Source: Malacoraja senta
Taxonomy: Eukaryota
Assembly: GCA_038087875.1 (NCBI GenBank)
Contig: CM075988.1
Coordinates: 3,844,001-3,908,000 of the forward strand
Direction of reading: 5' to 3'
DNA length: 64,000 nucleotides
Shown here: positions 22,946-37,606 of the stretch, in pieces
How positions within the stretch are numbered: position 1 is the stretch's first letter
Layout of the letters: every line of letters starts with the position of its first letter
Position numbers and translations under genes: made by a program
The notes under the pieces: model-generated
Told to the model about the DNA's origin: nothing
The model's input: only the letters and a program-made list of their open reading frames with translations
Databases searched by the model: none

Positions 22946-25650
22946 ATTTATGACAAGGGATGATTTACAGAGGGCCAATCAACCCACAAACCTGCAGGTC
23001 TTTGGGATGTGGGAGGAAACCAGAGCACCTGGAGGAAACCCACAAGGATCACGTGGAGAGTGATGTGCACACGGTGATTCAGGGAGACCGAGCACACAGG
23101 CGGATTGGAGTTTGGACTGTGGAGATGGCGCCTAAACGCGGTGGCTCCTGCGTGTGTGAACATGCAGAAGGGATTTCACTGTGCAGTCGTACGTACATGT
23201 GACAAACAAAGCTCCGTTGAACCGTTGAACTCCACACAGACAGCACCCGAGGTCAGGATCAAACCCGGGTCTCTGGCGCTGGGAAGCAGCAGCTCTACCA
23301 GCTGCGCCACCATGCTGCCCAGGATGTTATACCTGCCTCACGTATTTTAGATCCCAAATCAAAATCCAGAGCTGGATGAGAGCAAACCCTCGAAGCTAAA
23401 GAGGGGTAAGAAGTGGATTTAATGAAGTGTTGGGCGCCAGTTATTCGTCACAGCTCTTTGTTCAGCGAGTTCGTAATATGTTCGGGAATAATGCCACATT
23501 TGAAAGCGGGGAATGGAAAAAGCTGCAAAATTTTCAATTTAGATACGGCTGACATCATTGTGAAGAGATGGAAACTGTGCACTGTATTCAGGGTACATAT
23601 TGTAATGCCTAAAGCCAAGCAGGAAGTAGCAGAGGACAAATATAACCAATGTTTTTTTTTTGTACATTTGCACAGTTAATAAACATGTGTGAAATGTGGC
23701 TGAAAAGAGAATGATGCGGTTTAACTTTTCTGAGGGGGGCCCTTCTCTGTACTGGCACGTACTGCCGCGAATGAAACCGGCACTTTCCACAGTGGCGCAG
23801 CGTTAGAGTTGCTTCCTACAGCGCTTGCAGCCCTGGAGGACCCGGGTTCGATCCCGACTATGGGTGCTGTCTGTACGGAGTTTTCTCCCCGTGACCTGCG
23901 TGAGTTTTCTCCCCGTGACCTGCGTAGGTGACGTTTCGGGTCGAGTCCCGAAACGTCACCCATTCCTTCGCTCCATAGATGCTGCCTCACCCGCTGAGTT
24001 TCTCCAGCATTTCTGTCTACCTTCGTTTTTTTCCAGCATCTGCAGTTCCTTCTTAAACAATATAAATGTGGGTGATAACGAACCTGGAGCATAAGAATGA
24101 GATGCACATCATCACTGAAACTAGGGTCACTTGTTCATTCAGCTCTCCACCTTGTGTGTGCAGGTGTAGTGCAGGCAAGTTGCACATTTGTCATTGTTTT
24201 CCCCTTTATGAAAAGGTAGTGATTCATATATTCATGATTCAAGAGAGAAATGCATGATATCTCTCCATGACTTGAGTCAATATTACATTTCAGTCCACGC
24301 CTGTCCCCTTCTTCCACTGCCTTTAGAGTTATAGCGCGGAAACGGGCCCTTCGGCCCACCATGCCCGTGCCGACCAGTGATCGCACTGTACACTAACATT
24401 AGGGGCGACCAATTAACTCGCAAATGTGTACATCTTTGAAATGAAACAGTAACGTATGGATTTTTTACTGGTGGCAAATATTGAACTAATTGAACAAATT
24501 TGTACATGTTTTGGAAAAAAAGACAAATCTGGCAGAGACGTCAATGACCACAACTCTGCAGCATACATAAGAATGCTGTTATGGTTGACACGTTCTATGG
24601 ACCTACAATTGCTTCTACTTTTTCTTAGACTGGTTACAATCCATCTACCTCCAATTTTCATCCAAGATAAACCACAGCTTTGCATACAACATACACACTG
24701 GTTGGTCGGAAGGAACTCCAGATGCTGGTTCAAACTGAAGAGAGACTCAAAAAGCTGGAGTAACTGAGCGGGTCAGGCAACATCTCTGGAGAGAAGGAAT
24801 AGGTGGCGTTTCACTGCTTGGTGTTGCTTTATGCCTCTGTAGCTGCCTGGCCACCATTCATATTTGAATGTTGTCTTCTGCAGTACTTCTGGCAATTAGT
24901 ACGTGATCCTTGTTGCATTGTCAGTGATGTATTCATTTTGTATCTTGTCCAACGTAGCTGGAATGATCTTTGATGATTGATTCGCACCTTACAGGGTGAA
25001 GTGAGGAACCGAGTGTATTTGATCAACGATTAGTGCTGCCACTCCACATTCTGCTGCGCATGCTCAGTGGTTCAATGGTACTTTTTTGTCACGTGTACAG
25101 TGCAATTCCATCGTTGCGCACAATTCAGTGACAATCCGACAATAATTAGGTGATAATCATACTGTATAAGAGTGTAAGACAGTAGAACACACAGGGTCAG
25201 TACACAAGAGTCGCCATGTTTTAGGTGCCATCTTGTACCCTTCTTGTCTGAAATTCAATGGGTGGGTGTTGGTGGGGCCTGGTGATGTGTCAATGTCCTC
25301 CACCGCAGCCCCGCAGCTCCGTGCCGCTGCAGGCCGTGTCTGATCCACGTGCTCAGCCACTTGGATCAAGGCCTGTTCTAGTGGAGCCCCAGGCTACTGC
25401 AGGGCCTCCAGCGGCCTACTCCACCAACTCGACCCTTGCAACGCCTCCTCGATGGAGCCACAGATGTATTGGCATCAGTCGCTCAGATAGTGCTGAGGTC
25501 ACCTCAAACAGCCCTGTCTGTGGGTGGCTGACCCAGCCCCATGACCAGATCATCCCCTCATGTTGCAGTTGCTCAAGGATTAGAAGTATTGGCCAGGACA
25601 TCAAGCAGGGCCCCTGATAATAGTCCACGCAGTCTTCTGGTTTAGTCTTA

Positions 25651-26303
25651 TGGGCCTGTCGCCGGCAGTCGCCTAAAAAAACGCGAACTGGAACGGCGAC
25701 TGTCAGAGTGGAACACACACACAAACACATCGTAAAGGCGGGGGCCAGGGCAAGCGGGGGGGAGCGCTGTCTGAAATTCACATGGTACAAAGCCAAGGTG
25801 ATACAGACACACACCGCGATGAACAGGAAGGTTGGAGCTGCAATTAAGACGGCTAGCCATTAAAAGAGGGGGGGAGGGGGGAGGGTTACGAAGGGGGGAG
25901 AGGGGGGAGAAGGGGTGGAGACAACGTTTAATAAGCCAGAGATACACAGCAGTGAAGTTCGGCGGACATTTAACATTACCGGTCGGTTCTCCTTGGTTCT
26001 GAAAACTCTTGCTTGTGTTTTTTTTCCCCAATGAGCCAATGAAAATGAGGCGGTCAGCAAAGGCGATTAACTAAAACTGCCTACGACTACCTCTGCTACC
26101 CATAACGACATGGCGACCCCACTACAACTGCACCTACCACTACAGGATTATCGATTTTCTCCGTGGCGACCAATTTTTGGTCGGAGCAAATTTTTCAACA
26201 TGTTCCCAGAATGCGGGAACTCCTCGCGACCATGAAGGAGACTCACCAGAGACCACCAGCGAACATGTGGCGAGCGCAGAGTCGCCTTAGTGGGACAGGC
26301 CCA
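25651..26303. mobile_element. PIF/Harbinger MITE, subfamily B-like (left TIR partly deleted)
   Basis: TGGGCCTGTC...GTGGGACAGGCCCA, flanks TTA/TAA. Confidence 0.75.
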
Positions 26304-28214
26304 TAAATAAGTTTAGTTTAGTTCAGTTTATTATTGTCTCGTGTACTGAGGTAAATTGAAAAGCTTTTTGATACGTGCTTTTCAGTCAGCGACAAGACTA
26401 TACAAGACTACGATCAAGCCATCCACAGTGTACAGACACTGGATAAAGAGTATTGTGTTTAAGTGCGGTCTCAGAGGACAGTTTCTGTACATGTTGCTAT
26501 TCAGGGATTTTACTTAGGTGTAGCAATATTTTAATGAATTGTATGCAGAAACAATTTTCACTGTGCATTTGTCATTGACTATGATCCTATATTTAGAGAT
26601 AGGGATACAGCGTGGAAACAGGCCCTTTGGCCCATCGGGTCCATGCGGACCAATAATCACCCATATACTAGTTCGATCTTACACACCAGGGTCAATTTAC
26701 AGAAGCCAATTAATTTAGAAACCTGCACGTCTTTGGAATGTGGGAGGAAAGCGGAGAAAACCCACCTGGTCACAGGGAGAACGTACAGACTCCGTACAGA
26801 CAGCACCCGTGGCCAGGATTGAACCTGGGTCTCTGGCGCTGTAAGGCAGCAATTCTACCGCTGTGCCAATGTGCCTGTATTCTGGTGTTCCCCATTCATC
26901 ATCATTGCCAGGCATATGGGCTTGAGGTTCAGGGGATGGCGATGCCAGGCCAGGGCACGAATGGGTGAGACAGTGAGGGCGCATGTGTCTGAACAGCTTG
27001 CTGCAGTCACCAAGAAGACCCAGGAGAAAAGGCAGCTGGCCTTGGCACCAGTGCAGAGCAGCATTCTCAAGTAGGAAGTGGAGAGACAGTGAAGCACAGA
27101 GAAGGAAACAAACTGGAACCCAAACTGGGCAACTGGGCAAGAAAAAGCAATTCCTTCATTGGACTCACTTTTCACTTGTATTTATTTTATGTTCGAACAG
27201 AGGTGTTGGTAACAAATGCTCAGAGAAGTTGAGAATCACACAGGCAGCCTGTGGTGCAATGGGGCCGGCCTTCAACACACAGTGCTGTACTGGAGTATCT
27301 CAGCGGGGCAGGCAGCATCTGTGGAGGGAATGGACGGGCGATGTTTTGGGTCACCACCATTCTTCAGTTTAGTTTAGTTTAGAGATACAGCGCGGAAACA
27401 GGTATTTTAGCCCTCCAAAGGCAAATACTACCAACCAATAATCACCCATGCACTAGTTCTATTTACTTCACACCATCCACACAGAGAACCTCAGGGACAA
27501 TTTACAGAAGCCAATTACCCTACAAACCTGCACGTCTTTGACAAATTGAGTGAGGCAAAAGGAGAGAGATTAGATTTTAGACGTTAGACTTCAATGATTT
27601 TGGACCTGGACATATAGTGCGGAAACAGGCCCTTTTGCCCACCGAATCTGTGCTGTACTCATGTACACCAGCACACAAACACACAAGGGGCAATTTTACA
27701 ATTATACTGATGCCAATTAACCTGCAAACCAGCATGTCTTGGGAATGTGGCACCCATTGGAAGACCCACGCAGGTCACGGGGAGAACATACAAACTCCAT
27801 ACAGATAGCACCCGTAGTCAGGATCGAACCCGGGTCTCTGGCGCTGTAAGACAGCAACTCTACCGCTGCGCCACCGTGCCAACCGCAGCAAGCCCTCGAC
27901 CTGTGGTCCTGGGTATGTTCCCCCCTACATCATCACTGTACGGCTTCAGCTGCCTGTGCATCATAGGTGTGCTCTCCACGTTAAAATGCAACTTGAAACC
28001 TCCCTCTTTCACCAGACCTTCTGTCATATGTCAGTACTTTTGTGTAGTGTGGCTGGTTGTCAATGTATAAATTAGAAATGTGAATCCCTGAGGTTCTCTG
28101 TGTGGATGGTGTGAAGTAAATAGAAGTAGTTGTTGTCATAATGTTTACCCCAGTGGCTGGGGTGTGAATGCTGGTGTCTTATATAGGTGAGAGAATATGT
28201 GAGGATGTGCACTC

Positions 28215-29021
28215 TTGTGCCTGTGTCTGTGTGAATGTTTGTGTGTGAGTATGTGCTTTGTGCATGTGTGTGTATGTTTGTGAGAGGGTGTATGTTTTAT
28301 GTGTGTGTGTGTGTACGTGTGTGTGTGTGTGTGTGTGTGTATGTTTGTGAGAGTGTGTGTTTTGTACATGTGCGTGTATGTTTGTGTGTGTGTGTTTTGT
28401 GCATGTGTGTGTGTCTGTATGTATGTTTGTGTATAGGTGTGTGTGTGTGTTTTGTGCATGTGTGTGTGTCTGTATGTATGTTTGTGTATAGGTGTGTGTG
28501 TGTGTTTTGTGCATGTGTGTGTGTCTGTATGTATGTTTGTGTGTGAGTGTGTGTACTTTGTGCATCTGTATGTGTATGTACAGGTTTGTTTGTGGGAGTG
28601 TGCTCATTTTGTACATGTGTGTGTATGTTTGTATAGGGTCTGAAGAAGGGTCTCAACCCAAAATGTCGCCTATTTCCTTCGCTCCATAGATGCTGCCTCA
28701 CCCGCTGAGTTTCTCCAGCATTTTTGTCTACCTTTGTATATGGGTGGTAGACAAAAGTGCTGGAGAAACTCAGCGGGTGCGGCAGCATCTATGGAGCGAA
28801 GGAAATAGGCAAAGTTTCGGGCCGAAACCCTTCTTCAGACTGATGTGAGGGTGGGAAGAAGAAAGGAAGAGGTGAACTGATTGTATATGGGTGTGTGTGT
28901 TATGTGCATCTGTGTGTGTGTGTGTGTGTGCATATGTTTGTGAGAGTGTGTGTTTTTTACATGTGTGCATGTGTGTGTGTGTGTGTTAGTGCATGAGTGT
29001 GTGTGTGTTTTGTGCATGTGC

Positions 29022-29059
<38 letters not shown>
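28215..29059. repeat. (TG)n-rich array interrupted by a Penelope pLTR pair (~28637-28850)
   Basis: Visible directly. Confidence 0.93.
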
Positions 29060-29061
<2 letters not shown>

Positions 29062-29079
29062 GTAAACATCGTTGTGGCC

Positions 29080-29545
29080 ACCGGGTGGCGCTGTACGATG
29101 GCAGCCTCACCAACAGTCTGTCTCGTCCTTCTTTTTCTTTTGTTGTTTGCAGGCTGTTGTTAAATGTATGTTTAAGTGTGTCTCAAGTTTGTATTATGTG
29201 TGGGGTGGGGGGAGAGGTGGGGGTGGGAGAAACTTTTTTTAAATCTCTTTCCTCAACGGAGATGCGACTTTTTCCGTATCGTGTCCCCATCCGCGTGGCA
29301 GCCTAACATTGTGGAGCGGGCGGTCCCTTTGTCAGGGATCTACTTCGGGAGCTCCAACCGCCCCGATCGCGGGAGGAAAGAAGATAATATGTTGTAGTCT
29401 TCCATCACAGTCCGCTGTGGTGGATGTTTATGTTAATTTTTATGTAGTTGTATGTCTTGTTGCTTTTTTGACATGACTGTATGGCAAATCAAATTCTTTC
29501 CATGTTTACATACTTGGCTAATAAATTAATTACAATTACAATTGT
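29080..29545 (+). mobile_element. GC-rich non-coding retroposon-like repeat, diverged relative of 6590-7455
   Basis: Shared 5' region, ccatcacag hairpin, AATAAA plus (AATTAC)n tail. Confidence 0.62.
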
Positions 29546-31345
29546 ACAGTATGCATAACTCAAATACACACCTCACAACTAATCAGAACATAATTCTAAT
29601 TACACTGACTGATGAGCTGAGGTTTGTTATAAAAGTGTAAATCTCCTGGGCAGTAGCCAGCCTGCAAGTCCTGTGTTGAGTCCAATCTTCTGACAACACA
29701 GTTCCTCTCCCTCACTTTGTAATGTTTTTGCCCTTGTTAGATCTTTAGCGCAATGTTAATCCCTTCGACAGAAACCAATGCTCTAACATCTTCCTGCAGA
29801 AAATTAAGCTATAATTAAAGATGCTTATCCTCTTTTCCAAAGCATTAGAGTGGGAATCACAGAACAATTCATTATATTAATAATTATAGTAGAAGCCACA
29901 GACTGCAATTACCACAGTTATTCATTCAGATTCCTTCTCTTTCTCTTCTTTATCAGCCATGCCCAGCTCCTTCTCTGGACCTGACATTGACTGCTCACTG
30001 GAACTGATCTATCACAGACCTGTTACCTTGCCCAGGTGGCCAAGCTTTGATCTGAAGAAGGATCTCAATCTGAAACGTCACCCATTCCTTCTCTCCAGAG
30101 ATGCTGCCTGTCTCGCTGAGTTACTCCAGTTTTTTGCGTCTATCTTCGGCCCTGCTTTGATGACTGCCTCAATCAGTAAACTGCTGCATCCAGCCACTGA
30201 CCGACTGCCCCACCGACCGCTCTGCCGACCCGGGCTTCCGCGCGGCGATCCAGGAGGCATCGTGACCACGGCACCTCGATAAAGGCCTCCGGCAGAGTGT
30301 CGCATATTTTGGATTAGCTGGGTGCAATTAATCTGTACCCGTGGATTAAGCTGCATCAGTGGAGGGAAGTGGACAGAAAACATTTTGAGAAACGTCATCT
30401 GTCCGGGGGGGGGGGGGGTGTGGGGACCATCAGTTACCAGAAAGTCAGTGTTCAACCTGTACATTATTGGTCGCATTCTTTCCTTAGCTCCGTCTTATAC
30501 TTCTACTACACCTTGACACTTTCCTTAATCTTATTTGCCATCGATATTTCATGGCCCCTTATAGTGCTTCTAATTGATTTCTTCTCTCCTACATACTCTA
30601 TATTTCTCAAGAGACTCCCAGTTGCCTCCAACTACCATATTTTCCCTTATTCCCTTCAACATCCTTTGTCAAACAAGGTTCACTAATCTCGCCATCTTTG
30701 CCTTTCCTTATCAAAGCAAGATGACCTTGAACTTGCTAACTCCCTTTTAAAATTCTCCCTGGCTGAAGAGCTTTGTAGATGTGAATCTGTCAAGTGTTTA
30801 GTTTAGTTTAGAGATACAGCGCGGGAACAGGCCCTTCGGCCCATTGAGTCCGCGCTAACCGCCGATCCACGTAACACCAGCACACACTACACACTGGGGA
30901 CAATTTTCAATTTTTACCGAAGCCAATAAACCTACAACCCTCTACGTCTTTGGAGTGTGGGTGGAAACCGGAGGTCCCGGAGAAAACTCACGCTGACTCG
31001 GAGAGAGAACGTACAAACTCCGTACAGACAGCACCCGTAATCATCAGACTTGGAGGTACAACAAGAATGGAGGATGATTCAATTGACTGCGATGGGGTGT
31101 AGTTCCGCCAGCAGAATGGGCAGGCAAATGGCGGATGGAGATTAACATAGAGAAGTGTGAGGTGATGGATTTTAGCAGAAGAGAGAGAATGGAAACAATG
31201 TCAGAGCTCTAAAAATGTATAGGAGCTGGGGCATGTGGGGTAGATATTTGAAGGTGGCATGGCAACACAAGTAGGATGTTGGGCTTTACAAACAGGGGCC
31301 ATGAGTGCAGAAGCAGGGAGTTGTGGTGAACTGTTATAAGGCTCT

Positions 31346-31680
31346 TGTTTAAGAAAGAACTGCAGATGCTGGAAAAATCAAAGGTAGACAAAAAAGCTGG
31401 AGAAACTCAGCGGGTGAGGCAGCATCTATGGAGCGAAGGAATAGGTGACGTTTCGGGTCGAGACCCTTCTTCAGACTGATATCGGGGGGGGGGGGTGGGG
31501 GGTGGGACGGGAAAGAGAAAGGAAGAAGCCTTCCACAGCCTACTGTCTCCGCCTCTCCCTTTCTCTTTCCCACCCCTCCCCCCCATCAGTCTGAAGAAGG
31601 GACTCGACCCGAAACGTCGCTTATTTCTTCGCTCCATAGATATTGCCTCACCCGCTGAGTTTCTCCAGCTTTTTCGTCTA
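31346..31680. mobile_element. Penelope pLTR inverted pair inserted in an old CR1 fragment
   Basis: TSD gttataaggctct (31333-31345) / gttataaagctct (31681-31693). Hammerhead cores at 31447-31474 (-) and 31591-31618 (+). Confidence 0.85.
31447..31474 (-). ncRNA. Minimal type I hammerhead ribozyme core (Penelope pLTR), consensus-intact copy
   Basis: CUGAAGA-A-GGGU(CUCG)ACCC-GAAA-CG-UC on the minus strand. Confidence 0.75.
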
Positions 31681-34600
31681 GTTATAAAGCTCTGATGAGG
31701 CTACGATAATGTGCTATGGTGCCCGGTTTTGGTCACCGCACTTGAAGCGGGATGTGAACGCCCTTGAGACAGTGCGGAAAAGATTTAGCTGGGATTTTAG
31801 CTGCGAGTGAAAGATCGGAGAAATTGGGATTGTTTTTCTCAAAGTATAGGATTTCAAACGGAGATTGGATTAAGGTGTGCAAAATCATGAGCAAAACACT
31901 CAGCTAGTCAGACAGCGTCTGTGGAGGAATGGACAGGCTACACTTGGTGTTGGGACTCTGCTTTAAAGCAATATACAAATGCATGCCCAGCGTAGACAAG
32001 GTGTTTCTGTCAGTGGGTCGTACAGGGAATTGTGGACCTAGTAGAGTGAATGTACTTCGGCCCATCGAGTTTACACCAACCATTGATTACCCATATGCTG
32101 GTTATACACTTTTGCATCCTACACCCTAGAGGCACATTACTGGAGCCAATTAATCTACAACCTGCATGTCTTTGGAATGTAGAAGGAATCCGGAGCGCCT
32201 GGAGAAAACCCACGCGGTCACAATGAGAAGGCACAAACTCTGCACCCTTAGTCAGGATTAAACATTAGTTCTATGCTATCCCACTTTCTCGTCTACTCAT
32301 TACAGACTAGGGGTAGAAGCCAAATGACCTACAAACCCACATGTCTTCAGATGTGGGAGGAAACCGCAGCATCCAGAGGGAGTCCACGTATGCAGTCACA
32401 GGGAGAACGTACAACTTCTGTACAGAGAGCACTTGTAGTCAGGATCGATTCCGGGTCGCTAGCGCTGTAAGGCAGCAGCTCTACCCGCTGCGTCACTGTG
32501 GCGCTGTGGGTGGAGATGATCACAAAGAAGTAAGATCAGTTTTGGAGGGAATAGACCTGCAGGAATACACAGGCAGAGCAGGGAGCTTGTTGCCAGGGAA
32601 GCTCTGTGTGGGCCAATAATGGCCCCCGTGCTGCTCTGACTCTGATCCTACCACATGTCAGATCCTGACATGCACAGACACTGCTGGAGGTTCCCTCTCT
32701 CCATGGCACACCTGCACTGATTCTCCTATCAGCATTGACACAATAACTGGGAAAGATATTTCTCTGTGCACTTTGAAAATCTTGTTGCGAGATTTTGCTC
32801 TCTGCCTTCCATTAGTTTAGTTTAGAGATACAGCGCAGAACCAGGGGCTTCGGCCCACTGAGTCCGCACCGACTAGCGATCCCCGCACATTAACCTTATC
32901 CTGCACACACTAGGGACAATTTACACTTATACCAAGCCATATTTACCTACAATTAGGTAGAGTTGCTGTCTCCACAGCGCGAGAGACCCGGGTTCAATCC
33001 TGACTACGGGTGTTGTCTATATGGAGTTTGTAAATTCTCCCTGTGACCTGCGTGGGTTTTCCCCGGGGGCTCTGCTTTCCTCCCACACTCCAAAGACGTA
33101 CAGGTTTGTAGGTTAATTGGCTTCTGTAGAATTGTAAATTGTCCCTAGTGTGTTGGATAGTGTTAGTGTATGGGGATCGCTGGTCGGCGCGGACACAGTG
33201 GGTCAAAGGGCCTGTTTCCACTGGGTATCTTTAATATAAACTAAACTAAAAACTAATGCTGCTTCATTCATTGGCAATATACAATTATTATGTGTAGAAA
33301 GGAACAGCTGGCGCTGGTTTAAACCAAAGATAGGCTCAAACATGCTGGAGTAACTTAGTGGGACTGGAAGCATCTCTGGAGAGAAGGAATGGGTGACGTT
33401 TTTGCGATACTGAGAGTCAGGGGAGAGGGAATTGAGAGAGATGGAAGGTGTGAAAGTGAGGGGTTTAAGGCGACGAGAAACAAGGAAAATATAGAATAGA
33501 TCATTGTTAGTTAGGGGAATTATTATACTTTGTTTCCTTGTGACTGCTCCTTGCCATCCCCCGACTCCAGCACTGATTCCCTTGGTAGTTTTTGCTTGGG
33601 ACAGGATGCATCAGAGGTAGGACATCACCTATAGACAATCAAATGACACAAAGTGCTGGAGTAACTCAGCGGGTCAGGCAGCATCTCTGGAGAACATGGA
33701 TAGCTGACACTTAGGGTCGGGACCCTTCTGCATGAAGAAGGGTCCCATCCCAAACTGAACGTCACCTACCTATGTTCTCCAGGGATGATGTCAGACCTGC
33801 TGAGTTACTCCAGCACTTTGTGTCTTTTTTTGTAAACAGCATCTGCAGCTCCTTGTGTCCACCTCTTGACAATCCCTCCTGCCCTTATGCTGTTTCGTTT
33901 TTAGTTCAGTTTAGAGTTACAGCATGGAAACAGGCCCTTCGGCCCACCAAGTCCACGCCGACCAGCGATCACCCGTACACTAGTTTGATCCCACACATTG
34001 GGGACAATTTACAGAAGTAAATAAACCGACAAACCTGCACGTCTTTGGAATGGAGGAGGGAACCAGAGCACCCGTGGAAAATCCACGCAGTCACTGGGAG
34101 AACGTGCAAACTCCGTACAGACAGCACCCGTGGTCAGGATCGAACCTGGGTCTCTGGAGCTGTAAGGCAGCAACTCTACCGCTGCACCACTGTGCCACCA
34201 CACATGATGTTGGTGCAGCTGGTGATGAAGATGGGAGCACATTCAATACAGCCACAGTATTTCGATCTAATATGCAACAGCTAAAATGCTGCAGAACTGT
34301 TTTGTTTCCTCACTGCACTGTTGTGGGATGAGAAGGTGTCACGCATCAGAACTGAGTGCAACCTCTCAAGAGAGGGCCAGGTAAAAGCCTGGGCTGAGTC
34401 AATGCAACGAGTCAGAGCCGTTGAGTGCAGGAGTGGGTACTGGTACATGAGTGCTACTTGTAGTGAAATGTCACTGATTTAACTCAGGAGAGCATTGCTC
34501 TGCTTTGATGGTGGAGGCTTGAATCTCCAAGGGATCGCAGTTACAACACTGACACCAGCCCGGGACAACAGCAGGTTCAAAAGGCCATCTGACAGCGGAG

Positions 34601-35018
34601 AAAACAACAAGCTTGTCGAACAGGCAGAATCCCTGATGAAAGACTAAAACAAGGAGGAAAAATACTTCTGGAGCAAGTTTTGTAAGCTGATCGCTGCAAA
34701 GCAGAGAAGAAGTGAGCATGGCGGAGATTACGGAGCAGTAACCTGAACCATCTTCAAGGAGGGACAAATTACAGGGCCCATCCAGGGTACAGGATGCTGA
34801 TGGATCAAAACAAGGTGCTGAATGAGGCAGGGACTGAAGGAGGATGATCCCTGGGCAGAGGGAGTTTGACTTTGGGTCAAGGGAGTAGAAACAAGGAACT
34901 GCAGATGCTGGTTGAAACCAAAGATAGACACAAAGTGCTGGAGTAACTCAGTGGGTCAAGCTGAGATGGACACTGGGCAGAGGGAGACGGATGCTGGAGA
35001 GAGAGATGGACTGGGTAA

Positions 35019-35363
35019 AGGGTCTGTCCCACTTTCCCGAGTTATTCACGAATTCTCCCGAGTTTGAAACTCGCAGAATGTTCGTAACGAGTCCGTAGGA
35101 GGCCGTAGGAGTCCGTGGATATATCGTGGCGGCTCGTTATGCCAGCCGTAGGTACTCATGGACATTTTTTCGTCATGCTGAAAAAACGTCCCGACTTACC
35201 TGATGCCCCTACGCCTGGCATAACGAACCGCTACGATATATCCACAGACTCCTACGGCCTCTTACAGACTCGTTACGAACATTCTGCGAGTGTGAATCCT
35301 CGGGAGAATTCGTGAATAACTCAGGAGAATTCGGGAATAATTCGGGAAGGTGGGACAGCCCCT
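35019..35363. mobile_element. PIF/Harbinger MITE, subfamily C
   Basis: TAA TSD on both sides, TIR ..CTGTCCCACTTTCCCGA. Confidence 0.88.
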
Positions 35364-35916
35364 TAAGGGATCTTGACTCAGGCAGAGCGAGATGTAGACT
35401 TGGGAGTGGTGATGAGCGGCTCATGAGAGGGAGAAAGAAAAGAAAGATGGAGATTGGCAAGAGAAGATGCACGGTGGGGGGGGGGGGAGGTGGGATGGGG
35501 GGGATATGAACTGGAGTGAGCAAGATGGAGACTGGGGTGAAGGAGTTGGCACTGGGGAGAGGATTTGGATTGGGAGAGGGATGGACACTGGGGACAGAGA
35601 GAGATAGATCCTCCCAGGGCCTCCGCTATTGCTGCTACCGACCCGCCCCCCCTGGCCTCCACAAGCAATGTCTATCTTTAAAACTCGTTTCCCGTTCACC
35701 TGACTCTCGGGCTAATGAAGGGTCTCGACCACCTATTCCTTTTCCCGTCACCTATTCCTTTTCTCCAGAGATGCTGTCTGACCTGTTGAGTTACTCCAGC
35801 TTTTGTGTGTCTATCTGAAAGTTGGAATAAATACATTAATCCCCCATGCTATGAATCCATGATTTGGACAGTACAAACCCTGACCACAGTTTTGTGCCAC
35901 AACTTGTCTTAACATC

Positions 35917-36220
35917 GGGCGGCATGGTGGCGCAGCGGTCCAGTTAGCTGCCTTACAGCGCTTTCTGCGCCACAGACCCGGGTTCGATCCTGACTACGGG
36001 TGCTGTCTGTACGGAGTTTGAACGTTCTCCCCGTGACCGCGTGGGTTTTCTCCAAGATCTTCGGTTTCCTCCAACACTCCAAAGACGTACAGGTTTGTTG
36101 GTTAATTGTCTTGGTATAAATGTAAATTGTCCCTAGTGTGTGTAGGATAGTGTTAGTGTGCGGGGATCGCCGGTCGGTGCCGACACGGTGCACTGTATTT
36201 CTAAACTAAACTAAACTAAA
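35917..36220 (+). mobile_element. V-SINE (HE1-like), near full length
   Basis: GGGCGGCATGGTGGCGCAGCGG head, GGTTCGATCC B box, (CTAAA)n tail. Confidence 0.9.
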
Positions 36221-37280
36221 CCATATTGGATTGCAATAGGCAGTCAAGGCAATGTCCAGTAGTCCTGGCTTGATGCGCAGGTTAACATGAGTGGATGGGT
36301 AGGAATTGGCCAGGATCTGTCAACTGCTCTGTGGGGGTGTCAGCCGTTGTAATGTATCCACCGAATGCTCGTAAGGTCATAAGGTCATAAGCGATAGCAG
36401 TAGAAATAGGCCATTCGGCCCATCAAGTCTACTCCGCCATTCAATCATGGCTGATCTATCTCTCCTTCCTAACCCCATTCTCCTGCCTTCTCCCCATAAC
36501 CTGACACCCGCACTAATCAAGATTCTATCTTTCTCTGCCTTAAAAAAATATCCACTGACTTGGCCTCCACAACCTTCTGCGCAAAGAATTCCACAGATTC
36601 ACCACCTTGCATGAAAGGAAAGTGTCCTATGCTAGTTAATTAAATGTACTCTTGAAGCTATGCTGTAGTCATTTCACAAAATCGATCTCTGACTCCCTGA
36701 ATGGTGCCAGTTTCCAATGAATAGCATTGTGACCGCTGTTCAGTCGGTTGAGTGTACTGACACACACTTAATTGTCCTGCTGTGCTGAGACCCGAGACAG
36801 AAAGAGGATGAGTCAGTGAGTAATTATAATCTGATTTCAATAATTGGTAAGATTTGACTGTGGAGGAACCTTCCATTGAAGATTCATCTCCGCTGTGTAT
36901 TCATCTTGTTACTGACTGAGGTAATAACCTTTTTGATTCATTAAACATTTTGTCCACGGATTTAAAGTGGAAGATTCATCAGGATCCTTACTGCGTAACC
37001 TTTCAGCACCTGTCTGGAAAGCTCCATGGGTGAACGATCTGACGGTCTGGTACCGGACCTTTGCGGAGCGGCACTGTTGAAGCGGGTCCTTGTGCCGGAA
37101 GGAACGGCAGGTTTGTAGTTTGGCGTGAAGTCTGTATCATACACACTAGGGACAATTTACCAAAGCCAATTGACCTATAAACCTGCACGTCTTTGGGATG
37201 TGGGAGAAATCTGGAACACCCGAAGATAATCCACGTGGTCACGGGGAGAATGTACAAACTCCGTACAGTTAGCACTCTAA

Positions 37281-37606
37281 TAGTCCTGTCCCACTTTCCC
37301 GAGTTACTCACGAACTCTCCCGAGTTTTCCCCTTGATTCGAACTCGGAGAATTACGGTAATAGCCGTTCGTAGGTACTCGGGGCTGTTTTTTTAACTTGT
37401 GGACATTTTTCAACATGTTGAAAAAACGTCCCGACTTACCCGATGCCCCGAGTTCCTACGGCTGGCTTTACAAGCTGCTACGAAACATCTACGGACTCCT
37501 ATGGCCTACGGACTCGCTACCGACATTACCCGGCATGCCCCAAGTTCGAATCAAGGGGAAAACTCGGGAGAGTTCGTGAGTAACTCGGGAAAGTGGGACA
37601 GGGCCT
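37281..37606. mobile_element. PIF/Harbinger MITE, subfamily C, nested in a V-SINE
   Basis: Long TIR CCTGTCCCACTTTCCCGAGTTACTCACGAACTCTCCCGAG, flanks TAA/TTA. Confidence 0.88.

Noticed and set aside
35917..35995. tRNA genes
   Set aside because: tRNA-like A/B boxes are SINE heads that continue into the V-domain.
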